Below the pieces are notes generated by a model that saw nothing but the letters and a program-made list of their open reading frames with translations, was not told the DNA's origin and searched no databases. Shown here piece by piece: positions 18,506 to 28,293 of a DNA stretch of 32,000 nucleotides; position 1 is the first letter of the stretch, and the number at the start of each line of letters is the position of its first letter. The DNA lies in contig NC_000962.3 in assembly GCF_000195955.2 (NCBI RefSeq), positions 1,770,001 to 1,802,000 on the forward strand, in the 5' to 3' direction. Made by a program: the position numbers and the translations under genes. This DNA is from Mycobacterium tuberculosis H37Rv. GTDB lineage: Bacteria; Actinomycetota; Actinomycetes; Mycobacteriales; Mycobacteriaceae.

Positions 18506-19403
18506 AGGTCCACGGTTGGCCGTGGTCGAGGTGGGGTGGTGGTAGCCATTCGGTGTGGCCGTGGGTGTTGTTGTGGGTGGTCCAGCCTTTTTCGGCGAGT
18601 CGGTTGTCGGGGCCGCAGGCCAGGGTCAGCTCGGTGATGTCGGTGCGTCCGGTGCTGGTCCAGGCGGTGACGTGGTGGGCTTGGCTGTGGTAGGCCGGTG
18701 CGTCACAGCCGGGTTTGGTGCAGCCGCGGTCGTTGGCGAACAGCATGATCCGCTGGGCCGGGGAGGCTAGGCGTTTGGTGTGATACAGCGCCAGGGGTGT
18801 GCCGTGGTCGAAGATCGCCTGGGGGTACCTCCCGCTTGCGGGGGAGTAGTGGTGGGCGTGGCTGGTCATGCGGATCACATCGGCCATGGGTAGCAGGGTG
18901 CCGCCGCCGGTGAAGCCCTTGCCGGCGCCGGTTTGCAGGTCGGTCAGGGTGGTGGTGACCACGATCGAGACGGGAAGACCGTTGTGTTGGCCCAGTTTCC
19001 CGGAGGCGATCAGCGCGCGCAGCCCGGCCAGCAGCCCGTCGTGGTTGCGTTGGGCTTGGCTGCGGGTGTCGCGGTCGATGGCGGCCGCATCGGGGGTGGT
19101 GTCGATGACCGGGGTGTGGTCGTCGGGGTTGGTCGCGCCGGGGGCGGCCAGTTTGGCTAGCACGGCTTCAAAGGTGGCCCGCGCTTGGGGGGTCAGGTAG
19201 CCACTTAGCCGTGACATGCCGTCGTATTGCTGGTTGCTCAGGGTGATGCCGCGTTTGCGGGCGCGTTCGGTGTCGGTGAGGTCGCCGTCGGGGTGTAGCC
19301 AGTCCATGACCCGCTGGGCGTAGCGGGCCAGCTCGTCGGGACGATATTGAGCGGCTTTGCCGGCCAGGTCGGCTTCGGCGGCCTGGCGGGTGGACACATC
19401 CAC
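18162..19403 (-). pseudogene. HNH endonuclease-domain portion of the REP13E12 protein (Rv1587c-like); native coding ends at the att core, the ORF then runs artificially into prophage sequence to 18162
   Basis: [52 protein letters not shown]...[42 protein letters not shown]...[17 protein letters not shown] motif; sequence after GQP derives from the phage. Confidence 0.85.
18514..18525. repeat. att core (right), GGTTGGCCGTGG
   Basis: Identical to 9267-9278. Confidence 0.93.
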
Positions 19404-19836
19404 CGCGGCGGGCAGGTGGGCGAAAAAGGGCGCGAATCACTTTGACGTGCGCCTCGCCGATCAGGCCCTGGCGTTGGGCGGTGGCGGTGGCGGTCAACTG
19501 TGGGGCTAGCGGTTCACCGGTGAGTGCTCGACGAGGTCCGAGATCGGCGGCGTCGGCGATGCGCCGGGCGGCGTCGGGCTTGGTGATGCGTAACCGGTTG
19601 GCCAGCGCGCAGCACAGCGTGCCGCCCAGTTCTTCCTCGCTGGCTTGGGCGTCAAGTTGGTTGATCAACGCGTGACCCACCGCCGGTAGCCGGCGCACCA
19701 AGCATTCCAGACGTTCCAGAGACCGCAGCCGTTCCGGGGTGGTCAACACCTCAAAAGACACCTCGTCCAAGCGGTCCAGCTCGGCATCCAGCGCATCAAA
19801 GACCTCGACAAGCTCCTCCCGGCTATTCGCTAACAT
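18526..19836 (-). mobile_element. REP13E12-family element, larger fragment on the right side of the prophage (coding part; repeat may extend past 19836)
   Basis: Encodes DUF222/HNH-type protein in two overlapping frames; partner of the 9050-9278 fragment. Confidence 0.85.
19168..19836 (-). pseudogene. DUF222 N-terminal portion of the REP13E12 protein (Rv1588c-like), frameshifted near 19423-19427
   Basis: [61 protein letters not shown]... ...[15 protein letters not shown], then out-of-frame Arg/Pro-rich tail. Confidence 0.85.
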
Positions 19837-20197
19837 GTTCGAATCATAACGTCGGGCACTGACAAGAAGTCGCGCCGACAGCTGCTAGAACTGGTGTTAG
19901 CTAAGTGAATTCAGTGACTCGAGAGCCCTCGCGAGCTTGGCCGCCCACCAGGTCGGCGGGGATGCCTACCAGGATTCGATCCCGCCAACCGGCAATCTGA
20001 CCAACCGGGCATAACCCCCGCCGGTGAACCGCAGTTTAGTGAGCGGCTTGAGGTTGCGGGATCGACGATTCGGCGTCTGGGCCGCTGTGTGGGATGCCTG
20101 GCGGGTCGAGTGCGAGTGCTGATAGCTGGGCCGCTGCCAACGATCCGTGACCTCCGCCCACGTCGCGTTTGTCCCCGTGCGCACCGCTACCGTAGCC

Positions 20198-20210
20198 TGA
20201 ACACCGTTTC
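20198..20210. promoter_or_regulatory. Candidate BioQ-like operator TGAAC-ACC-GTTTC upstream of bioB
   Basis: 9/10 match to the TGAAC-N3-GTTAC pattern I recall for actinobacterial BioQ; nested in CTGAA-N10-TTCAG (20197-20216). Confidence 0.45.
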
Positions 20211-20283
20211 ATTCAGGCCGCCGAGCAGGCGGCGGATGGGTTCCGCGCGTGCGGAGATGACGAAGGATGCAGGGGAGTACCTG

Positions 20284-21333
20284 GTGACGCAAGCGGCAAC
20301 GCGACCGACGAACGACGCCGGCCAGGATGGCGGGAACAACTCGGACATTCTGGTGGTTGCCCGCCAACAGGTGCTGCAGCGCGGTGAGGGCCTGAACCAG
20401 GACCAGGTGCTGGCGGTGCTGCAGCTACCCGACGACCGGCTCGAGGAGCTGTTGGCGCTGGCCCACGAGGTGCGGATGCGCTGGTGCGGACCCGAGGTCG
20501 AGGTCGAAGGCATCATCAGCCTGAAAACCGGTGGCTGCCCGGAGGATTGCCATTTCTGCTCGCAATCGGGGCTGTTCGCCTCCCCGGTGCGCAGCGCCTG
20601 GCTGGACATACCCAGCCTGGTCGAGGCGGCCAAACAGACCGCCAAGTCCGGCGCCACCGAGTTCTGCATCGTGGCCGCGGTGCGCGGACCCGACGAGCGA
20701 TTGATGGCCCAGGTCGCGGCCGGCATCGAGGCGATTCGCAACGAAGTCGAGATCAACATCGCCTGCTCCCTAGGGATGCTGACCGCCGAGCAAGTGGACC
20801 AACTGGCGGCGAGGGGGGTGCATCGCTACAACCACAACCTCGAAACGGCGCGCTCGTTCTTCGCCAACGTCGTCACCACCCACACCTGGGAAGAGCGCTG
20901 GCAGACGCTATCGATGGTGCGTGACGCGGGCATGGAGGTTTGCTGCGGCGGCATCCTCGGCATGGGGGAGACGCTGCAGCAGCGCGCGGAATTCGCCGCC
21001 GAGCTTGCCGAGCTGGGCCCCGACGAGGTCCCGCTGAACTTCCTCAACCCGCGGCCCGGTACCCCGTTCGCCGACCTGGAGGTAATGCCGGTCGGTGACG
21101 CGCTCAAGGCGGTGGCCGCCTTCCGGTTGGCGTTACCGCGCACCATGCTGCGGTTCGCCGGTGGCCGCGAGATCACCCTGGGTGACCTCGGCGCCAAGCG
21201 AGGCATCCTGGGCGGCATCAACGCCGTGATCGTCGGCAACTACCTGACCACCCTCGGCCGGCCCGCGGAAGCCGACCTGGAACTGCTCGACGAGCTACAG
21301 ATGCCGCTGAAGGCACTCAACGCCAGCCTGTAA
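20284..21333 (+). CDS. bioB: Biotin synthase
   Basis: 349 aa from GTG 20284; radical-SAM motif [28 protein letters not shown]. Confidence 0.97.
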
Positions 21334-21573
21334 ATGGTGGAAATCGTGGCTGGAAAACAACGCGCTCCGGTCGCTGCCGGCGTGTACAACGTGTACACCG
21401 GGGAACTGGCGGATACGGCCACGCCGACAGCGGCTCGGATGGGTCTGGAGCCCCCCCGGTTCTGTGCGCAGTGCGGTCGCCGGATGGTCGTCCAGGTCCG
21501 GCCCGACGGCTGGTGGGCGCGCTGTTCTCGCCACGGGCAGGTGGACTCGGCCGACTTGGCGACACAGCGGTGA
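21334..21573 (+). CDS. bsaP: Small Cys-containing protein; biotin synthase auxiliary protein (Rv1590)
   Basis: 79 aa starting immediately after the bioB stop; ...[38 protein letters not shown]. Symbol from recalled recent literature. Confidence 0.75.
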
Positions 21574-22235
21574 CCGAGCCACCCGGTTTTGGCGGACCGT
21601 CCGAGCCTTCCGGTGCACCGCGGACGTCGCGGACACGGGCGGTCCTGTTTGTGATGCTGGGTCTGTCGGCGACCGGTGTGTTGGTCGGTGGCCTGTGGGC
21701 GTGGATCGCCCCGCCAATCCATGCCGTCGTGGCCATCACACGCGCGGGTGAGCGGGTGCACGAGTATCTGGGCAGCGAATCCCAGAACTTCTTCATCGCG
21801 CCATTTATGCTGCTGGGGCTCTTGAGTGTGCTGGCTGTCGTGGCATCGGCATTGATGTGGCAGTGGCGAGAGCACCGCGGACCGCAGATGGTTGCTGGGC
21901 TGTCGATTGGGCTGACGACCGCTGCGGCGATCGCGGCGGGAGTTGGCGCGCTGGTGGTTCGGTTGCGCTACGGTGCGTTGGACTTTGACACCGTGCCACT
22001 TTCCCGCGGCGACCACGCCCTGACGTACGTCACCCAGGCCCCGCCGGTGTTTTTCGCCCGCCGGCCGCTGCAGATCGCCCTCACTCTCATGTGGCCGGCT
22101 GGCATCGCGTCGCTGGTATATGCCCTGCTTGCGGCCGGGACGGCGCGGGACGACCTGGGCGGCTATCCGGCTGTCGATCCGTCGTCGAACGCTCGTACTG
22201 AAGCCCTGGAAACCCCTCAGGCCCCGGTGTCCTAG
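21570..22235 (+). CDS. Membrane protein (Rv1591-like), about two TM segments
   Basis: 221 aa from GTG 21570 (overlaps the Rv1590 stop); hydrophobic [24 protein letters not shown] and [18 protein letters not shown]. Confidence 0.8.
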
Positions 22236-22399
22236 GAGAGTCGCAGCCGCCCGCCGGCATCCGGAGCGGACCGTGTCTCCGGTCGGGTGTCAGCGCTTGG
22301 ATTCAAGCGGCAGATCGTCGAACTGGTTTAAGTCTGGCGTGACGAGGTTGTGTGCCAGGTCCGAGTTCGCGCCGGTATGCGCAGAGCGCATTGGCCAGG

Positions 22400-23740
22400 T
22401 CAGAGCGGACGGCGGCTCAACTTCCTGCCGGTGATCACCTTGGCCGCGATCACGGCCAGTCTCGCCATGCCGGCGTAGGTCATCGGGTTGAAGATGGTCG
22501 GCCACGTGGTCCGGACGCGGTGGTCGGTCAGTGGCTTGCCGGCGAACCGGTCGGTGAGCCAGCGAAGCGTCATTGGGGCCGACAGCGGGTGCAGGGACAC
22601 ATGTTCGCTGAACAGGTCGCGGTGGTAGGTGACGTTGGCGCCGCCGGCTGTATAGCTGTCAGCGAGCGCGTCGATGTCAGAGACGTCGATGAGGTAGTCA
22701 TGCACGGCCTGCACGATCAATACCGGCGGGGTGGGCACCGCGCTACCCAGCTTGGTGTCGCCGAAGACATGGGAAATTTCCGGCGTCGACAGAATGTCCT
22801 CAAGGGGTTCGTCGAGGAAGTCACCCATGTCCCTGCCGGCCATCCGGATCACTGCGTCTACCGTTGTCATCTCCGTCAGTTGCTCCAGCAGCTGACGTCC
22901 TTCGTCGTTGGCGTGCTCCTTGATCACCCGGGCCAGGCCGGGGTAGCTGTGTTGCAGCGCGGCCACCACCAACGCGGGCAGACCGGCAAGAAGAGTGCCA
23001 TTGAGCCGGCGGAACGTGTGACCAAGGTCACCGACGGGTGATCCCAGCACGGCGCCGACGATGTCTAGGTCCGGTGCGTACTCGCCGCATGCTTCGGCGG
23101 CCCACGCGCTGGCCAGCCCGCCGCCGGAGTAGCCCCACAGCCCGATCGGCGTTGCCGGGGACAACCCGACACGCTCGGAATTCAAGGCAGCCCGGATTCC
23201 GTCGAGGACTCGGTAACCGGGTTCATACGGCGACCCCCACAGCCCTTTCGGCCCTTCATGGTCGGGTACTGATACCGCCCATCCTTCGGCAAGTGCGGCG
23301 CTGATCATCAACAGCTCCATTTGGGTCAGTGACCCCAGGGCCTTGGCCCGTCGTCGCAGGGCATATGACGGAAAACAGCGCGACGACATGGCATCGATCG
23401 CACACTGGTACGACAGCAAGGGGCAGGTCTGACCCGGGGCAAGCTCCGCTGGGACGATCACCGTGGTCACCGTCGCCTCGGGGTTGCCGTACATGTTCGT
23501 GGTCCGGTACAGCAGCTGGGTAGCGGTGACGGGCTGCGGAATCAAGCCCATAAACGCCAGTTCGACATCGCGCGAGCGCAACACCGTTCCGGGCACGGCA
23601 TGCTGGTAGCCGGCAGGTGGGAAGTAGAACGGATCGTCGGATGGCAGCAGCGGGCGCACTTTGCGCTGCAATTCCTCGTGCGGTGGCCGGCCGATCCATT
23701 CGGCGCCGGTCGCGCCTGCCAAATTGCCGGGCTCTACCAT
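22400..23740 (-). CDS. Secretory lipase-family alpha/beta hydrolase (Rv1592c-like)
   Basis: 446 aa from ATG 23740; nucleophile elbow [38 protein letters not shown]. Confidence 0.88.
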
Positions 23741-23996
23741 TAGGCTCCCTTCATGGCCATCCGGCATCCTCGCGCGTGATCGGTCCCTGACGGGGTAGCA
23801 GCGCGGTTTGCCTGTCGCAGTTCAGCGCCGGCACTCAAGGTCAGCGTCGGCACTCGAATGGCGCCAGCGGCTCTTATCCGGCTCTTAAAGTCTCATACAA
23901 GTTACAGGATCCAAGGGCCGACTCCGAGGCCAGCGCGGCGTGGCGCCTATCACAGGTTGGGTACGCCGAGTTCCCCCATCGCTGGTGCGACCAGAT

Positions 23997-24707
23997 TCAA
24001 AGCTGGCCGGGAGGCCGCAGTGCGGCGAACTCGTCAGTGACTCTTAGCTGCGAGTCGGTAAACCGGTACAACGCCGCCGGGCGGCCACCGCTGCGGCCGG
24101 ACTGCGCGATGGTTCCGGTTTGGGTGATGACTCTGCGACGGGCCAGTACCCGCTGCAGGTTGGTTGCGTCGACCTGGTAGCCCAGTGCGGCGCCGTAGAT
24201 GTCGCGCAGCGTTGAGAGCGCGAATTCTTTTGGGGCCAAAGCGAATCCGATGTTTGTATAGGACATCTTGGCAATCAGCCGGGTGCGGGCATGGGTCACC
24301 ATCGGACCGTGATCGAACGCCATTGGCGGCAAGGAACTCACCGGGTGCCAGCGGGTGTCTGCTGGCAGCTCGGGGGTGGCGGGGGAGGGCACCACCCCCA
24401 GGTAGGTCGACGCGATCATCCGGATGCCTGGCAGCCGGTGTGGGTCGGAAAACACCGCGAGCTGTTCTAGATGGGCCAACTCTCGCAGGTCGACTTTCTC
24501 GGCCAGTTGGCGCCGAACCGAGCTGGTCATGTCTTCGTCGTTGCGTAGCCGTCCGCCCGGCAGCGACCACGCGCCGCGCTGCGGCTCCTTCGCACGTTGC
24601 CACAGCAGCACATTGAGCTGGGGTTTTGCCGCACCGCGGCTCATGCCAACTCCGCGCACTTGAAAGACGACGGCCAGCACTTCGTGGGCGGTGCTACCAT
24701 GGGCCAT
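23997..24707 (-). CDS. Nudix-domain transcriptional regulator, NrtR-like, divergent from nadA
   Basis: 236 aa from ATG 24707: [19 protein letters not shown]...[47 protein letters not shown] (degenerate Nudix box) plus a C-terminal wHTH-like segment. Confidence 0.85.
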
Positions 24708-24730
24708 GTTTTCGATTATAAGTCGAAAAC
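24708..24730. promoter_or_regulatory. Putative NrtR operator, perfect inverted repeat GTTTTCGA-TTATAAG-TCGAAAAC
   Basis: 8 nt perfect arms, 7 nt spacer, directly abutting the regulator start codon and 25 nt upstream of nadA. Confidence 0.75.
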
Positions 24731-24755
24731 CTGTTGGAGCGCGGAAGGGGCGGCA

Positions 24756-25805
24756 ATGACTGTGCTGAATCGCACGGACACGCTCGTGGATGAACTGACT
24801 GCCGACATCACCAACACACCGCTCGGCTACGGCGGGGTTGACGGTGACGAACGGTGGGCCGCCGAGATTCGCCGTCTGGCGCATTTGCGCGGGGCCACCG
24901 TCCTGGCGCACAACTACCAGCTGCCCGCGATCCAGGACGTTGCCGACCACGTCGGGGATTCGCTGGCGCTATCGCGGGTGGCCGCCGAGGCACCGGAGGA
25001 CACCATCGTGTTCTGCGGAGTGCACTTCATGGCCGAGACCGCCAAAATTCTCAGCCCGCACAAAACCGTGCTGATCCCGGATCAGCGGGCCGGCTGTTCG
25101 CTGGCCGATTCGATCACCCCCGACGAGCTGCGCGCCTGGAAGGACGAGCATCCCGGCGCCGTCGTCGTTTCCTACGTCAACACCACGGCGGCCGTCAAGG
25201 CGCTCACCGACATCTGCTGCACCTCGTCAAACGCCGTCGACGTGGTCGCATCCATCGATCCCGACCGCGAGGTGTTGTTCTGTCCGGACCAATTCCTCGG
25301 TGCACACGTGCGCCGGGTGACCGGCCGCAAGAACCTGCATGTGTGGGCCGGCGAATGCCACGTACACGCCGGGATCAACGGCGACGAGCTCGCTGACCAG
25401 GCCCGCGCACATCCCGATGCCGAACTGTTCGTGCATCCGGAGTGTGGTTGCGCAACCTCGGCGCTATACCTCGCCGGCGAAGGAGCATTCCCAGCCGAGC
25501 GGGTAAAGATCTTGTCCACCGGCGGCATGCTCGAAGCGGCGCACACGACGCGCGCCCGCCAGGTGCTGGTCGCCACCGAGGTCGGCATGTTGCACCAGCT
25601 TCGCCGGGCGGCACCGGAAGTCGACTTTCGCGCGGTCAACGACCGCGCCTCATGCAAGTACATGAAGATGATCACCCCCGCGGCCCTGTTGCGCTGCCTG
25701 GTAGAGGGTGCCGACGAAGTCCATGTCGATCCGGGAATCGCCGCCAGTGGGCGTCGCAGCGTGCAGCGGATGATCGAAATCGGCCATCCCGGCGGTGGCG
25801 AATGA
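24756..25805 (+). CDS. nadA: Quinolinate synthase A
   Basis: 349 aa [21 protein letters not shown]...[25 protein letters not shown]...[13 protein letters not shown]. Confidence 0.97.
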
Positions 25806-27388
25806 TGGCCGGTCCCGCTTGGCGGGATGCGGCCGATGTTGTCGTGATCGGCACGGGCGTTGCCGGGCTGGCGGCGGCATTGGCCGCCGATCGCGCCGGG
25901 CGCAGCGTCGTGGTGCTCAGCAAGGCTGCCCAGACGCACGTGACCGCGACACACTACGCGCAAGGCGGTATCGCGGTGGTGCTGCCGGACAACGACGACT
26001 CGGTCGACGCTCACGTCGCGGACACCTTGGCCGCAGGCGCGGGCCTATGCGATCCCGATGCGGTGTACTCGATCGTCGCCGACGGCTACCGAGCGGTTAC
26101 CGATTTGGTCGGAGCTGGGGCACGGTTGGATGAATCGGTCCCGGGCCGTTGGGCGTTGACGCGCGAAGGCGGGCACTCGCGGCGACGCATCGTGCACGCG
26201 GGTGGCGACGCGACCGGCGCCGAGGTTCAGCGGGCGCTCCAGGATGCCGCCGGGATGCTCGATATCCGCACCGGCCACGTGGCGTTGCGAGTGCTGCACG
26301 ACGGTACCGCGGTGACCGGGCTATTAGTGGTCAGACCGGACGGATGCGGCATTATCAGCGCTCCGTCGGTGATCCTGGCCACCGGCGGGCTCGGGCACCT
26401 GTACAGCGCGACCACCAATCCGGCGGGCTCCACCGGCGACGGCATCGCCCTGGGATTGTGGGCGGGCGTCGCGGTCAGCGATCTCGAGTTCATCCAGTTC
26501 CACCCCACGATGCTTTTTGCCGGACGCGCCGGGGGTCGGCGGCCGCTGATCACCGAGGCCATCCGCGGCGAGGGTGCGATCTTGGTGGACAGGCAAGGCA
26601 ATTCGATAACGGCAGGCGTGCATCCGATGGGTGATTTGGCGCCGCGCGACGTCGTCGCCGCCGCCATCGACGCGCGGCTGAAGGCCACCGGCGATCCGTG
26701 CGTCTACCTCGACGCCCGCGGCATCGAGGGCTTCGCGTCCCGGTTCCCGACAGTCACGGCATCCTGCCGGGCTGCCGGCATTGACCCCGTCCGGCAACCG
26801 ATCCCGGTTGTTCCCGGTGCGCACTACAGCTGCGGCGGCATAGTGACCGATGTGTACGGCCAGACCGAGCTGCTCGGGTTGTACGCCGCTGGCGAGGTGG
26901 CCCGCACCGGGTTGCACGGCGCCAACCGCCTGGCCTCCAACAGCTTGCTAGAGGGTTTGGTGGTGGGCGGCCGCGCCGGAAAGGCCGCCGCCGCCCACGC
27001 CGCGGCGGCCGGGCGTTCGCGTGCGACCTCGTCAGCGACCTGGCCCGAACCGATCAGCTACACCGCACTGGACCGCGGCGACCTGCAACGGGCGATGAGC
27101 CGGGACGCGTCGATGTACCGCGCCGCCGCCGGGCTGCACCGGCTGTGCGACAGCCTATCCGGAGCACAGGTTCGCGACGTGGCTTGTCGCCGCGATTTCG
27201 AGGACGTGGCGCTCACGCTGGTCGCGCAGAGCGTGACCGCCGCCGCCTTGGCCCGCACCGAAAGCCGTGGCTGCCATCATCGCGCGGAGTACCCGTGCAC
27301 CGTGCCGGAGCAGGCACGCAGCATCGTGGTCCGGGGAGCCGACGACGCAAATGCGGTGTGTGTCCAGGCGCTAGTGGCGGTGTGCTGA
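25805..27388 (+). CDS. nadB: L-aspartate oxidase
   Basis: 527 aa [42 protein letters not shown]...HYAQGGIAVVL; SNSLLEGLVVGGRAG. Confidence 0.97.
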   Translation: MAGPAWRDAADVVVIGTGVAGLAAALAADRAGRSVVVLSKAAQTHVTATHYAQGGIAVVLPDNDDSVDAHVADTLAAGAGLCDPDAVYSIVADGYRAVTDLVGAGARLDESVPGRWALTREGGHSRRRIVHAGGDATGAEVQRALQDAAGMLDIRTGHVALRVLHDGTAVTGLLVVRPDGCGIISAPSVILATGGLGHLYSATTNPAGSTGDGIALGLWAGVAVSDLEFIQFHPTMLFAGRAGGRRPLITEAIRGEGAILVDRQGNSITAGVHPMGDLAPRDVVAAAIDARLKATGDPCVYLDARGIEGFASRFPTVTASCRAAGIDPVRQPIPVVPGAHYSCGGIVTDVYGQTELLGLYAAGEVARTGLHGANRLASNSLLEGLVVGGRAGKAAAAHAAAAGRSRATSSATWPEPISYTALDRGDLQRAMSRDASMYRAAAGLHRLCDSLSGAQVRDVACRRDFEDVALTLVAQSVTAAALARTESRGCHHRAEYPCTVPEQARSIVVRGADDANAVCVQALVAVC

Positions 27389-28245
27389 TGGGGTTATCCG
27401 ACTGGGAGCTGGCTGCGGCTCGAGCAGCAATCGCGCGTGGGCTCGACGAGGACCTCCGGTACGGCCCGGATGTCACCACATTGGCGACGGTGCCTGCCAG
27501 TGCGACGACCACCGCATCGCTGGTGACCCGGGAGGCCGGTGTGGTTGCCGGATTGGATGTCGCGCTGCTGACGCTGAACGAAGTCCTGGGCACCAACGGT
27601 TATCGGGTGCTCGACCGCGTCGAGGACGGCGCCCGGGTGCCGCCGGGAGAGGCACTTATGACGCTGGAAGCCCAAACGCGCGGATTGTTGACCGCCGAGC
27701 GCACCATGTTGAACCTGGTCGGTCACCTGTCGGGAATCGCCACCGCGACGGCCGCGTGGGTCGATGCTGTGCGCGGGACCAAAGCGAAAATCCGCGATAC
27801 CCGTAAGACGCTGCCCGGCCTGCGCGCGCTGCAAAAATACGCGGTGCGTACCGGTGGCGGCGTCAACCATCGGCTGGGGTTGGGTGATGCCGCGCTAATC
27901 AAGGACAACCACGTTGCCGCCGCCGGATCCGTGGTAGACGCGCTACGTGCGGTGCGAAATGCTGCACCCGATCTGCCGTGCGAGGTGGAAGTGGACTCGC
28001 TTGAGCAGCTCGATGCCGTGCTGCCGGAAAAACCCGAGCTGATCCTGCTGGACAATTTTGCGGTGTGGCAGACGCAGACCGCGGTGCAGCGTCGGGACTC
28101 GCGCGCGCCCACCGTCATGCTGGAGTCATCCGGTGGGCTCAGCCTGCAGACGGCGGCGACCTACGCCGAAACCGGGGTGGACTACCTGGCGGTCGGGGCG
28201 CTCACACACTCAGTGCGCGTGCTCGACATCGGCTTGGATATGTAG
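27388..28245 (+). CDS. nadC: Nicotinate-nucleotide pyrophosphorylase (QPRTase)
   Basis: 285 aa MGLSDWELAAARAAIARGLDEDL...ARGTKAKIRDTRKTLPGLRALQKYAVRTGGGVNHRLGLGDAALIKDNHV (GTKAKIxDTRKTxPGxRxxxKYAVxxGGGxNHRxxLxD). Confidence 0.97.
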   Translation: MGLSDWELAAARAAIARGLDEDLRYGPDVTTLATVPASATTTASLVTREAGVVAGLDVALLTLNEVLGTNGYRVLDRVEDGARVPPGEALMTLEAQTRGLLTAERTMLNLVGHLSGIATATAAWVDAVRGTKAKIRDTRKTLPGLRALQKYAVRTGGGVNHRLGLGDAALIKDNHVAAAGSVVDALRAVRNAAPDLPCEVEVDSLEQLDAVLPEKPELILLDNFAVWQTQTAVQRRDSRAPTVMLESSGGLSLQTAATYAETGVDYLAVGALTHSVRVLDIGLDM

Positions 28246-28293
28246 CCGGGCGGCCCCGGCGCCCATTAGGCGGCGCCGGATAGGGTAGGCGCC

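Larger units (their letters stand above)
9267..18525. mobile_element. phiRv1-type prophage (about 9.25 kb)
   Basis: 12 bp direct repeats at both ends; encloses a serine integrase, RDF-like gene, SF3 helicase/primase, HK97-type protease, major capsid protein and small-terminase-like gene. Joining the flanks restores the REP13E12 ORF. Confidence 0.97.

Noticed and set aside
18162-18513. C-terminal 117 aa of the 413-aa minus-strand HNH ORF as a genuine protein segment
   Set aside because: This part is phage sequence inside the antiparallel-frame region of the integrase; the native C-terminus is on the other side of the prophage.
9267-18525. Antiphage defence system or toxin-antitoxin cargo within the prophage
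   Set aside because: Looked for restriction, Abi, TA or CBASS-like motifs in the small ORFs and found none I can support; the unknown genes remain unassigned.
23816-23905. Short direct repeats (CAGCG(C/T)CGGCACTC; GGCTCTTATCC/GGCTCTTAAAG) between the lipase-like gene and the Nudix gene
   Set aside because: Too short and imperfect to distinguish from chance in this intergenic region; no clear promoter or element structure.
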